From contig CAXRJJ010000049.1 of the NCBI GenBank assembly GCA_964230945.1, positions 1 through 58,678 on the forward strand: DNA of 58,678 nucleotides, written 5' to 3'. A model generated the notes under the pieces. It worked only from the letters and a program-made list of their open reading frames with translations, ran no database searches and was not told the DNA's origin. A program made the translations under genes and the position numbers. Numbering within the stretch: the first letter of the stretch is position 1; every line of letters begins with the position of its first letter. Of the stretch, positions 27,952 through 37,490 are shown piece by piece. The DNA comes from Yoonia sp. (GTDB taxonomy: Archaea; Thermoplasmatota; Poseidoniia; Poseidoniales; Poseidoniaceae).

Positions 27952-30900
27952 GTGCGTCGAATAGCCATCTGCATCGTGGCGATTTTTCTCTTGCCTCAGT
28001 GGTTGACATTGGCATCCGGTGATGTTTCAGCCGACGGAGATATTTCGGACTGGGGGCCAGAGACCCTGATGGCAACCGATTCAAATGCTGTTTCTTTGCA
28101 TTTAGACTGGAATTCTACGCACCTGATGATTGCTTGGAATGGAACAGCATGGGCTTCTGAAACAGAAGGTGCTGACCTCTTTGTCTATCTCAATACCAGT
28201 GAAGATGGTGGTGCACTTTCCAAGGAATGGAATCTTGCGCATACTCTTCCATTCCTTGGCGACTTTGCTTTCGTACTGGAAGATTCGAATTATTTCGACT
28301 TGTTATCATGGAGCGGAACAACTTGGGAATCAGTAGTTGACCACGGAATAGATGCATGGATTGGTTGGGAGGAAAACAAGGTCTCTGAGATTTCGATTCC
28401 ATTGCAGAGCATAGGATCTCCAGATTCATTCGGACTTGTGGCTTGGGCGCAATGGCAAAGCGAGGGTAATGTTTGGACTTCCTTCCCACTAGAGAATCCT
28501 GCCAGCAGCAATGCTGCTGAGACTTTTACTCACTACTATCAGTTGGAATTGAACAGTAGTGATCCTTCATCTAGCGAGGTTGTCAAGGATGAGAGAGGTT
28601 TTGTCAAGGTAGATGATGCTCTGAATTTAGCGATAATTTTCCATCAGCATCAGCCGTATTACAAGAATATGCTTACCGGTAAGTACGAGATGCCTTGGGT
28701 AAGGGTACACGCGATGACAGAATATGTGGACAGCCCCGGGATATTGGCACAGAGTCCTGGAACTAAGGTGGTCTACAATCTGGTTCCTTCCTTCATGGAG
28801 CAATTGATTGACTATCATGAGAATGAGACCTTGGATGTACATACCGATTGGGCTAGAAGACCTTGGCCAGTTGATGAAACTGGAGCTGTGACTGGCTACC
28901 CTGAGATGAGCGAATTAGAGTTGCATACAATGCAATTCCAATCTTTCTGGAACAGCGGATGGGTCTACAATGTTAGTGCTGATGATGAGATATTGGGTTG
29001 GTTATATCCCGCATCCTCCGCGTACAAATCTCTGCATTCTAGGACTCTTCACAATCTCAAACCTGCTACCATAATGGACGATGAATTGTTGCCACCTCAA
29101 GATTTGCTCGACCTTCAGGTTCTATGGCATCTTTTCCAGTTGTCGCCATATTATGTGCAAGGAAATTATTCTGAATTAGGTGACCCGGAATCGGATTCGC
29201 GACCTTCTCACCGCAATGATTCGATTATTGCGTTGTTTGAACAAGGCAGTGGTTTCACATTCGATGATTTACAGGATGTCTTGGATTATCAGCACCAGCA
29301 GATGGCAAATGTGCTTCCGATGTATTCTGATTTGGCTGCCAGCGGCCAGGTAGAGTTGACTACAACACCTTACTATCACCCCATTCTACCATTGTTGATG
29401 AAACCAGGATGGACTGAAGAGGACGGCATTACTGTACGCAAGGATGCTTGGCCGGATGATACTGCCGAGCATTTGCAGAGGGGTATGGACATGTTCACTT
29501 CGCACATGGGCTTCCGTCCAACGGGAATGTGGCCGAGTGAGCAATCGACCTCTCCTGCAATGATTCAGCCACTCGTCGATGCAGGAGTTGATTGGTTTGT
29601 CACCGACGAGGAGAATCTAGCGCGTTCGACCATGTCTGACGGCAGTCATCCAAATCCAGAAGATGCAACTGTACTGGCTAGTCCATGGACGGTCACAGGA
29701 GAAGATGGTGGCGAGATTACAGCCTTCTTCCGAGACCGCGTGATTTCAGATCGCATTGCCTTCCAATACGGTTCGATGACTCCAGAAGCCGCAGTTTCCG
29801 ATTTCATCGCTCACATTGATGGAGTCAGACAGGAGTTAATCGATGCCGGAGAGGACCCAAGTAAACACATCTTGACTGTTGCTTTGGATGGAGAGAATTG
29901 GATGTTCATGTCGGAGTTCCAACATCATGATGGAGCAAGGCCTTTCATGCAGGAATGGTATTCTAGATTGGAAAGTCATCCGACGATTCGCACCATGACG
30001 CCTTCTGAATTCCTTGAAGATAATCAGGCGACTCAAAGCATCGACGTAATCAACGAAGGTTCGTGGATAGATGGAACTCTTTCCACATGGGCTGGTGAAG
30101 AGGAAGAGTCTCTGGCTTGGCAACGATTGGTAGAAGCGCGTAAAGCCTTGGTCGCATTTGAAGCAGACAATCCTACTCACTCCGGATTGACTTCCGCTTG
30201 GGAATCATTGTACATCGCTGAAGGTTCGGATTGGTTTTGGTGGTACGGTCTAGATCAGGATAGCGGCTATGATGAGTTGTGGGATACTCTGTTCAAGGTG
30301 CATCTTTCAAACATCTACAAAGCGGTAGGTCTCGATCTTCCGCCCTATCTTCTCGACCTTTGGACTAACCCTGCGCCATTCGATACGCCTTATGGTGGGG
30401 TCATGCAACCAATGATTGACGGCTTGGCATTGCCGGGAGAATGGGATGATGCTGCAAGGTATGATGCGAGCAACATGAATGGTGTACCGATGGATATCAC
30501 TTCCTTCCACGTGGGTTATGATTCCAGTAATCTACACCTCAGAGTGGACATGCCTGATGCTCTACCTGAGGAGTTACTATCTTGGGAGTCGGGTGAACCC
30601 GACCTTTCGATATATTTCATGCAATCAAATGCCATCAATTTCAATGAAGTGGAAACTAATTTCCGCACCTATTATGGAAATGAGATTCTTGGCTTCCCTG
30701 CCAAGTACATGGTCTCCTTTGATTTCTCTGAGTTAAGAGATGATGGCAGGGCCAAGTGGAACCTATTCGAGGCCAAGGGCAAGGTTGGAGATAACGAAAA
30801 GTGGGTATATTCCTCATCTTCCACTCTTGGTGGTTGTGCTGCTCAGGATGTTTATGAGTTTAGTATTCCATGGTCTGAAGTAGGGCTTGCTCCAAGGTAT

Positions 30901-32409
30901 ACGACGCGTTTGAAGGTGGTTACCTCGATTGCTAATTCAACTGCCCAAGGTGATGGTACAGAATTAGAGATGGCACCCGGGGCCCCTGCCGAAGTAGTTC
31001 TGCCGGACCTTGAGGAGTGGATAACTCTCCTCGATTTGGATGATGAAACTGGGGATGCAGATCGGGATGGGGCAATAACTGCACCATTAGCAAGCGATTT
31101 TGCTGCGGATGGTAATCTGTGGGATATTCAGAATGTCAAAATCCATCAGAGTTCTTGGAATGCGCGTTTTGAATTACAGGTTGAAGACATTACCAATATC
31201 TGGTCCATGAGCAATGGATTCAGCCATCAAATCGTACAGATTTACGTTGACCAAGGCCCCACATCATATGGCAGAACTGAGATGTTGGAAGGCGCTAATG
31301 CAGTTGTGCACGATGACTGGGCATGGGAGGTTGCGATATCTGCGACCGGAGAACCTGGAGCGGTCAAGGCGGTCATTGCAGAGACTGGAGAGACCTTGGC
31401 TAGGGGAATTGAAGTTTCAGCTGATTCTGATAGCGAAGTCATCAGTATAACGGTCAACAAAGATGTATTGGGTTCTGATGTTGCTGACTATCGATACGTG
31501 ATAGTTCTAGGAAGCCAAGACGGCTTCGGCCCCGGAAAATGGAGGGATGTTGATGATCAAGCCAAGACCTGGAGGTTGGGTGGTGGCGCAGACCCCTCTT
31601 CTGTGGATGGAATTGATTACGACCCCAACATTCTCGATATGTTAACCGAAGATGGAGTGAGTCAGAATGCTATGTTGTCCGATTACTCGGTTTCTGAACA
31701 GAGATATGCGGTGTTAACAGGAATTGAGATTCCTGAGTTGGCTCAGCAGGTGTTCGGGGCAATGGTGGATGGAATAACAGCAAACAGTGCCATCATTACT
31801 TTTCAAACAACTAGAGAAGCCACTGCTCAAGTCGCTTGTGGAGATGCTTCAGCAACCAGTTCAGCAAGTACAAACCATCAGGTTTCGATCAGTGGACTTA
31901 CAACAGGAACTGCCTATACTTGCAATATTAGCGTAGAAGGAGTCGATCCGATATCTCTGGCCTTCAACACTTCTTCTGAGATTGACGAGACACCACCAGA
32001 GATTCTCAATATTCTCAGCGTCGTCGATGAGAGTGGCAGAGTAATGATTTCGTGGTATACATCTGAAAAGGCTAGTGAGCGAGTAACTTTGACCAAGGGT
32101 GGTACTGAAATCGTGTTGGAGGGTTCTACTTTGGCTCTCGATAAGAACCACTTTTTGACTAGTGAACCACTTACCGTTGGAACATGGAATCTAGTGGTGG
32201 AGGCCAGCGATGCATCTGGAAATAGCAATAGCAGCAGCATCCAACAATTCGAAGTCGAAGAGAGTGATGCTGTCGATGAGGAGAATGAACAGGCCAAGTC
32301 GGGTGAAGTGAATCTGTTTGCTGATCCAGTAGTGCAAGTGATTGTGTTGTTCGTAATACTCTTGACTACTCTCGCAATGTTCCGTGGACGCAAGAATGAC
32401 CGCATTTGA
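27952..32409 (+). CDS. Secreted, C-terminally TM-anchored GH57 enzyme (amylopullulanase/alpha-amylase-like), 1,485 aa, with N- and C-terminal accessory beta-domains
   Basis: GTG start followed by the signal-like RRIAICIVAIFLLPQWLTLASG. GH57 regions are IIFHQHQPYY, GMWPSEQS (candidate nucleophile Glu), VALDGENW (candidate acid/base Asp) and EGSDWFWWYG. FN3-like modules lie near 31700-32200. TM anchor VVQVIVLFVILLTTLAMF. Confidence 0.85.
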   Translation: MRRIAICIVAIFLLPQWLTLASGDVSADGDISDWGPETLMATDSNAVSLHLDWNSTHLMIAWNGTAWASETEGADLFVYLNTSEDGGALSKEWNLAHTLPFLGDFAFVLEDSNYFDLLSWSGTTWESVVDHGIDAWIGWEENKVSEISIPLQSIGSPDSFGLVAWAQWQSEGNVWTSFPLENPASSNAAETFTHYYQLELNSSDPSSSEVVKDERGFVKVDDALNLAIIFHQHQPYYKNMLTGKYEMPWVRVHAMTEYVDSPGILAQSPGTKVVYNLVPSFMEQLIDYHENETLDVHTDWARRPWPVDETGAVTGYPEMSELELHTMQFQSFWNSGWVYNVSADDEILGWLYPASSAYKSLHSRTLHNLKPATIMDDELLPPQDLLDLQVLWHLFQLSPYYVQGNYSELGDPESDSRPSHRNDSIIALFEQGSGFTFDDLQDVLDYQHQQMANVLPMYSDLAASGQVELTTTPYYHPILPLLMKPGWTEEDGITVRKDAWPDDTAEHLQRGMDMFTSHMGFRPTGMWPSEQSTSPAMIQPLVDAGVDWFVTDEENLARSTMSDGSHPNPEDATVLASPWTVTGEDGGEITAFFRDRVISDRIAFQYGSMTPEAAVSDFIAHIDGVRQELIDAGEDPSKHILTVALDGENWMFMSEFQHHDGARPFMQEWYSRLESHPTIRTMTPSEFLEDNQATQSIDVINEGSWIDGTLSTWAGEEEESLAWQRLVEARKALVAFEADNPTHSGLTSAWESLYIAEGSDWFWWYGLDQDSGYDELWDTLFKVHLSNIYKAVGLDLPPYLLDLWTNPAPFDTPYGGVMQPMIDGLALPGEWDDAARYDASNMNGVPMDITSFHVGYDSSNLHLRVDMPDALPEELLSWESGEPDLSIYFMQSNAINFNEVETNFRTYYGNEILGFPAKYMVSFDFSELRDDGRAKWNLFEAKGKVGDNEKWVYSSSSTLGGCAAQDVYEFSIPWSEVGLAPRYTTRLKVVTSIANSTAQGDGTELEMAPGAPAEVVLPDLEEWITLLDLDDETGDADRDGAITAPLASDFAADGNLWDIQNVKIHQSSWNARFELQVEDITNIWSMSNGFSHQIVQIYVDQGPTSYGRTEMLEGANAVVHDDWAWEVAISATGEPGAVKAVIAETGETLARGIEVSADSDSEVISITVNKDVLGSDVADYRYVIVLGSQDGFGPGKWRDVDDQAKTWRLGGGADPSSVDGIDYDPNILDMLTEDGVSQNAMLSDYSVSEQRYAVLTGIEIPELAQQVFGAMVDGITANSAIITFQTTREATAQVACGDASATSSASTNHQVSISGLTTGTAYTCNISVEGVDPISLAFNTSSEIDETPPEILNILSVVDESGRVMISWYTSEKASERVTLTKGGTEIVLEGSTLALDKNHFLTSEPLTVGTWNLVVEASDASGNSNSSSIQQFEVEESDAVDEENEQAKSGEVNLFADPVVQVIVLFVILLTTLAMFRGRKNDRI

Positions 32410-33942
32410 TTATGCGAATGGAATAGAGGCCGTCTTGTGAGTTCCTAGGTTGACCACTGTAAGAATACAAGGTTGTGGTTGGAATCCCAACATACGCTGA
32501 TACGAGGTTTGATCCTGCCAGGTGCTGCTACAGATGAGGGTAGTGCCGCGATGATTGATACATGCATGTCCATGCACGTGTCCGGTCACGAAGATGTCAG
32601 GAATAGTTGAAATGACGAGATTATCCATCGGTTCGGGAGATAACGGAGTTTTACCACCCCATTGTGGAGCCAAATGTCTTTGCAACAGCATCTGTTTCAT
32701 CGCATCGACAGGTTTTCCGTAACTGATTGTACGCATTCCGGCAACGAAGTCGTCGATGCTCTTACCATGATATGACAACAACCTGACTCCATGTAAGGAA
32801 AATTCACAGGGGTTACCTACGAATCTAGTTGTATTGTAATCTTGTTGAATCTCGGGATCTAGTGCTGGTTGAGGTTCTGCAGGGCGTACCGCATCGTGAT
32901 TTCCTGGCAGAAGAATACACTCTACCCAATCAGGTAACAATTCGATTAGCCTAGCGAAGTGGGAATATTGCGCAAAGAGGTCGGTAATCGCCAATTCCTT
33001 GTCTTGATCTTTGTAGATTCCAACCCCGTCAACCACATCTCCAGAGAGTATGAGATACTTGATGGTGTGTCCGAGTGGGTCTTCATTCATCCATTTGGCC
33101 ATCTTATGCCATTGTGCTTCAAGGAAGGTCTTGGAACCTACGTGGATATCTGATAGGAAGGCAACGCTGACGCCTTGTTCAGCATGGGTGCGGGTTCTAA
33201 GGGGCGCTTCAGGCCAATGTAGGTCTTCAACATAGAACAGATCTCCATCTCTACTGAAGGAACCGGATACTCCAACCACATTGTCAGGCATTATCCCAGA
33301 TTTGACTACAGGGTTTGGGTCTTCGTTATCCTTGCGCAATAGACAAACCATTGACCCACTATGATCTTCCAATTCAAAGATGAGGTGCCCATTCTTGGTG
33401 TTTCTAGGGTCGCTTACCAGACCGATGGCACAGGCTATATTCTCAAAACCAGTATATCGTCGCCTCTCCGCTTGAAGTCTGGCGATGTCGCTTGCTCTAG
33501 ATGGCATACCCGTCTTGATAATCATCTGCTTGATACGTTTCAATCGGTCATTGAAACAGGAACGGATGTCGGGCATCTTACCCTCGGTGGTGCTGTTTCC
33601 AGTAATGTCCCAGTGTACTTCAACATCGCTTGAGGCATCTTTTGCCAGCATCGGAAAATCATCCATGTCATAATCAGCAAGGCCATGGGCACGCATTACT
33701 GGAACAGGTTCTTTCTCCACGATTGGGGCGACTGTACGTGCCAAGTCTTGCGGCTTTTCCACCAAGGGTGAATCGTTGATAGGCAAGGTGACGTCATCAA
33801 GAGTCAAGAATCCCGGTTCTGCGGCTTTGACAACTGCCATAGGGTCATCTAATTGCAGCAATTTATCCTTGACTTCTCTCTTAATCAAGATGCCATGCTC
33901 AAGGCAATGGTCGAAGATGGACTGCCATAACTCATCGACCAT
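32410..33942 (-). CDS. DNA polymerase II (PolD) small subunit DP1
   Basis: Calcineurin-like phosphoesterase motifs VAFLSDIHVGS, LILSGDVVDG, LLPGNHD and GHVH, in an archaeal DP1-type layout with an OB-fold-like middle region. Its stop codon directly abuts the stop of the convergent GH57 gene. Confidence 0.88.
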   Translation of the reverse strand: MVDELWQSIFDHCLEHGILIKREVKDKLLQLDDPMAVVKAAEPGFLTLDDVTLPINDSPLVEKPQDLARTVAPIVEKEPVPVMRAHGLADYDMDDFPMLAKDASSDVEVHWDITGNSTTEGKMPDIRSCFNDRLKRIKQMIIKTGMPSRASDIARLQAERRRYTGFENIACAIGLVSDPRNTKNGHLIFELEDHSGSMVCLLRKDNEDPNPVVKSGIMPDNVVGVSGSFSRDGDLFYVEDLHWPEAPLRTRTHAEQGVSVAFLSDIHVGSKTFLEAQWHKMAKWMNEDPLGHTIKYLILSGDVVDGVGIYKDQDKELAITDLFAQYSHFARLIELLPDWVECILLPGNHDAVRPAEPQPALDPEIQQDYNTTRFVGNPCEFSLHGVRLLSYHGKSIDDFVAGMRTISYGKPVDAMKQMLLQRHLAPQWGGKTPLSPEPMDNLVISTIPDIFVTGHVHGHACINHRGTTLICSSTWQDQTSYQRMLGFQPQPCILTVVNLGTHKTASIPFA

Positions 33943-33994
33943 GACCGTACCCTGAAGTGGAGTCCTTCAAGGCTTTCGATAGAGAACTCAGAAT

Positions 33995-34684
33995 TCATTC
34001 AGAGGAACTATCCCACTCGACATCTCCACCAATATCTCGATCATCATTAGACTGACCCCACACTTGATCTTGCCATGGAGCATCAGCTTTGGCTTTGGCT
34101 TCATCAACAACTCTCTTGAGTCGTTGCTCTTCTTCTCTCATTCGAATCAGTTCCTTTCTTTCTTGCGCATCAGCCTCTGCTTTGGCATCCTTAGCGCGCA
34201 AGTAGTCCCACTGTGCGATGGCGAATTGTAGAGCGAAGGTAACAAAGGATTCCTTGTTCTCTTGCCTTGAGCCTCCAAATCGTGCCTGTTTTGCACGCTC
34301 TCCATCAGGGGTTGCAACACCGACATAGACTACGCCAATCGGCTTATCGGTAGCATCTGCTGTGGGTCCTGCAATACCGGTTATCGAAATCGCCAATGTA
34401 GTTCCAGCGCGTTCCCTAGCCCCATTGGCCATCGCTAAAGCAACTTCTGCCGAAACTGCACCGTGGCTTTCCAAAGTGTCCTCGGGGACACCTAGATGCT
34501 TGTGCTTTGCTTCGTTGGTGTAAGTAATCCATGATTGGCGGTACCAAGAACTGGCTCCAGACAAGTCGGTAAGCGTGCTGGAGAGTAGTCCGCCGGTACA
34601 AGATTCTGCACAGCAGATGGTTCCATCTACAGCCTTCAGGCGTCGAGCCAGGCGCGCTGCAAGGGCGCTAACCGCCTCATCCAT
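33995..34684 (-). CDS. cinA: CinA C-terminal-domain protein (nicotinamide-nucleotide amidohydrolase PncC-like) with a charged C-terminal extension
   Basis: Motifs CAESCTGGLLSS, VTYTNEAK, GAVSAEVA, TGIAGP. Preferred start ATG 34684 (the track uses TTG 34714). The last 75 aa or so are Lys/Glu/Ala-rich then acidic. Confidence 0.8.
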   Translation of the reverse strand: MDEAVSALAARLARRLKAVDGTICCAESCTGGLLSSTLTDLSGASSWYRQSWITYTNEAKHKHLGVPEDTLESHGAVSAEVALAMANGARERAGTTLAISITGIAGPTADATDKPIGVVYVGVATPDGERAKQARFGGSRQENKESFVTFALQFAIAQWDYLRAKDAKAEADAQERKELIRMREEEQRLKRVVDEAKAKADAPWQDQVWGQSNDDRDIGGDVEWDSSSE

Positions 34685-34771
34685 GCTACTTTGGCACCAT
34701 CCATGCCACTTCAAGGTGCTGACTGCTCAGCCGAGCCCTTCAAGGGGGGATGACGTAGCAGCGGGATTGCG

Positions 34772-34844
34772 GGGCCCGTGGTCTAGGGGTTATGACAACG
34801 CCCTTACAAGGCGTGGATCACCGGTTCAAATCCGGTCGGGCCCA
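34772..34844 (+). tRNA. tRNA-Val (anticodon TAC)
   Basis: Folded by hand. Acceptor stem GGGCCCG/CGGGCCC is a perfect 7 bp. Anticodon stem ACGCC/GGCGT with loop CTTACAA (anticodon at 34805-34807). T-arm ACCGG-TTCAAAT-CCGGT, discriminator A. Length 73 nt; CCA is not encoded. Confidence 0.9.
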
Positions 34845-34875
34845 CCTGCAAAGATGAAAAGTAGCCATGCAGAAT

Positions 34876-35349
34876 TTATTCTTCCTTTTCATGAGTATAG
34901 GTTGTTTCCCCTAAAGGTACGCAACCACCATAGCAATCCTTTATCGTAATTGTAACTGAATAATTTCCTTCATGTTCAGAAATGAGTTTGATATCATCGC
35001 CTACGTCCCATGTTTCATTGTCATAATAATCCTCTCTGTCCCAACAATTTGTCTCATCAGGTTGACTGCATTCAGGGAACCAGACATCGGAACCGCCCCA
35101 CTTTTGTACTGAAATATCGACACGTGTATAGTCTAAATCAATTCCTTGTGTCATTTCTAGTTTGATATGTCCATCGTAAGGATTCTGTTCATCTGGATCG
35201 TCACTGAACGCATAAAGTGGTTCACTGGCGGTAAATTCCCAAACTACAGGCTCATACTCCTCTTGCGTTTCTGTTGCTAATTCTCCACCAAAACAGCCGG
35301 ACAAGAATAATGTTGCAACAAAAATTGGGAGGAAAATCTTTCTCTTCAT
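34876..35349 (-). CDS. Small secreted lipoprotein, unknown function
   Basis: MKRKIFLPIFVATLFLSGC is a signal peptide plus lipobox. The mature part is acidic with 6 Cys. It lies in the A+T-rich islet. Confidence 0.6.
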   Translation of the reverse strand: MKRKIFLPIFVATLFLSGCFGGELATETQEEYEPVVWEFTASEPLYAFSDDPDEQNPYDGHIKLEMTQGIDLDYTRVDISVQKWGGSDVWFPECSQPDETNCWDREDYYDNETWDVGDDIKLISEHEGNYSVTITIKDCYGGCVPLGETTYTHEKEE

Positions 35350-35557
35350 ATTACTAACACTTTACAACTGGTAATTTATAATTGCGCAAATCATGATTCT
35401 TGTTCATCTGCAAGATCTGCCATGCCGAGATATTCAAGGAACCATTCGGGTGTCGGCTTGTTATCTTCTATAATTTGAGATAATCTGGTAGCTCCATTTC
35501 TTTCGCGAGTGCGATTTGAACAGTAATTACTTTCGTTGCCTTCTCTTACAGGTAATC

Positions 35558-36376
35558 ATGGTCAGGAGTTTGGATTTAGACCCCCCTCCTCCAATAATCT
35601 TGCTTAGGCCTGTTGTTAACATCATTGTAGGGGTAGTTTTGTACTTCACACTATTCGAACAAGATACATATTTCCTGATTTTCATATTAGGTGTGGTATT
35701 TTTAGATGCATCCTCAAACACTTGGAAGTTCTTGCGAAGTAAGGACCTTAAATGCAATTTTATCGTTGAAGATGATTTGTTGACATATACTCAGAAAAGG
35801 GGCTATGAAACAGAAGTTTCTGAAGAGATCTATCTCAAGGAATTGATATTGAAGCGTATTTTTGGGGCCGATAATGAATCACCTTATATGGTAATTTTGA
35901 AATCTACAGATGATTCTTTCAAATTGAAGATCGAAGCCTTGAAAGGTAGGAAAAATCTTGAAAATTTGATTGAATTTTTGGCCTTACAAGAGAGAGTAGA
36001 TGAAGATGGAGACCCAATAGATGAATGGACTTGCAAGTCATTCGATGAATCAGCCTTGCCCAGTACGCCATCTGATGAAGAGATGGAGTTAACAGCAGGT
36101 GGGTTGATTTTTATGGCAATATTTTCGTTTTTTTGGGTTGGATTTTGTTCACTGATTAGTGCACTATTCCTCTTTGGTTCGGATGAAAATACACTATACG
36201 TATTGTTGGTCTTGTCACCATTTAATTTCGTCAGCGTGGTGATAATCTTCCATTGGGTAAAATTTCTCTTGGGACGTAATCGTGAGGCTCCATGGGTTAC
36301 CGATACAACGGAACAAGTCGATACTACAATCGAGTTGCGTGCCATTTCTTCGGGCAAACAAGATATTGAGGATTGA
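35558..36376 (+). CDS. Multi-pass membrane protein, unknown function
   Basis: Two N-terminal and two or three C-terminal hydrophobic helices flank a soluble segment of about 130 aa. Preferred start ATG 35558 (the track uses TTG 35516). A+T-rich. Confidence 0.55.
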   Translation: MVRSLDLDPPPPIILLRPVVNIIVGVVLYFTLFEQDTYFLIFILGVVFLDASSNTWKFLRSKDLKCNFIVEDDLLTYTQKRGYETEVSEEIYLKELILKRIFGADNESPYMVILKSTDDSFKLKIEALKGRKNLENLIEFLALQERVDEDGDPIDEWTCKSFDESALPSTPSDEEMELTAGGLIFMAIFSFFWVGFCSLISALFLFGSDENTLYVLLVLSPFNFVSVVIIFHWVKFLLGRNREAPWVTDTTEQVDTTIELRAISSGKQDIED

Positions 36377-36436
36377 TTCGCTATCTTGCTTAGCAATCGT
36401 AATTGAATAAGTTCCCCATTTTCGACAGATGCATTT

Positions 36437-36778
36437 TCAGATACACTGGTTACAAACAGTCTTACCATTTGCTTCGTACACTTCCTCAGGTTCGGTATTG
36501 TTACAACTTTGACAAGTGACATTTTCCGCACAAGTTCTTCGGTTGTGCCCTTCTTCACCGCATATGCTACATTTTTGAGTTCTGTTCGTATTTTCTTCGA
36601 AATCGACTCCAATCATTACGCCGGCTAACCATACGTTTACTTTGTAAAATTTGACTCCAGCTTTGTACACTCTTTTCAAGTTTCCAAAACCACTCAATGC
36701 CTCAACAACTGGACTAGAAGCAGCCAGTTCAATTGTCTCCCAAGTACTGCCCATGAAACCTGTTGGTTTAGTTTGCAT
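36437..36778 (-). CDS. Small protein with a CCHC zinc knuckle and a second Cys pair-pair motif
   Basis: CSICGEEGHNRRTC matches C-x2-C-x4-H-x4-C exactly. It is followed by C-x2-C (CQSC) ...16 aa... C-x2-C (CNQC). ATG start at 36778. Confidence 0.6.
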   Translation of the reverse strand: MQTKPTGFMGSTWETIELAASSPVVEALSGFGNLKRVYKAGVKFYKVNVWLAGVMIGVDFEENTNRTQKCSICGEEGHNRRTCAENVTCQSCNNTEPEEVYEANGKTVCNQCI

Positions 36779-36824
36779 TTATCTGTTAGGGCTGATTCTA
36801 GATGATTAGAGATCACTAATCTCG

Positions 36825-37490
36825 TCAATTTTGGCCGAGACTATTCCATAACTGCATTATTTCTTGAGCCGAGGAATATCCCTCGCAAAGGAACTGTACC
36901 TTCCCTTTGTGTTCCAAAACGAGGCTGGGGAACGAATAGGCTCCAAGCCGTCTTCGAGTATTGAACCCCGCTTGCAATTCTTCCTCGACCCCTGCCGATT
37001 CCATTTTTGCTCGAAACATTTCTTCGTCTATACCGAGATCTGTGGCCAAAGAGCAAAGGATGTCCAACTCAGATGGATTCTTGGCTTCAAGATAGTATGC
37101 TTGTTGAATGCGGTCGAACATCTGTGGTCCGAGTTCTCCTGCCGCGATAACTGCCCGGCAAGCGGGATAGGTTGAACGTCGTGGACGGCATTTCTCCCAG
37201 AAGTCCCAGTTGAACTGAGCCCCTGTTCTAGCGGTGACTTTGTGCCAAGCATCCTTGACATATGCTTTCGTTTCTTCTGGCATTGGTTCATTCGAGTCTT
37301 TAGCGAGCCCACCCATCACGAATTCGATATGGATATCTTCTCCTAACATGTCGAAGATTTCATCTCTCGCATCTTTGAAACCCCAGCACCAAGAGCACAT
37401 GGGGTCTGCAACATAGTAGAAGACTGGATCCTTTGGGATTTCATCACCTCTGCGTATTGGATTCAGCGAACAGCGCTTGTAATTCTTCAT
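36825..37490 (-). CDS. DsbA-family thioredoxin-fold protein
   Basis: YVADPMCSWCWGF carries the CxxC active site in DsbA/FrnE-like context. ATG 37490 lies 47 nt inside the end of the upstream aldolase frame. Confidence 0.7.
   Translation of the reverse strand: MKNYKRCSLNPIRRGDEIPKDPVFYYVADPMCSWCWGFKDARDEIFDMLGEDIHIEFVMGGLAKDSNEPMPEETKAYVKDAWHKVTARTGAQFNWDFWEKCRPRRSTYPACRAVIAAGELGPQMFDRIQQAYYLEAKNPSELDILCSLATDLGIDEEMFRAKMESAGVEEELQAGFNTRRRLGAYSFPSLVLEHKGKVQFLCEGYSSAQEIMQLWNSLGQN

Noticed and set aside
35391-35552. A 53-codon stop-to-stop open frame on the minus strand in the islet's intergenic region (...RNGATRLSQIIEDNKPTPEWFLEYLGMADLADEQES).
   Set aside because: It has no plausible start codon except a Met 11 codons before the stop, and no recognisable motif. 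It may be a remnant of a decayed gene, but that is unsupported.
35884-36612. A 242-aa minus-strand ORF overlapping both the membrane-protein gene (35558-36376) and the zinc-knuckle gene.
   Set aside because: It overlaps two ORFs that have more convincing features (TM helices; an exact CCHC knuckle). Long spurious ORFs are expected in A+T-rich DNA with few stops in some frames. I cannot fully exclude it without expression or conservation data.
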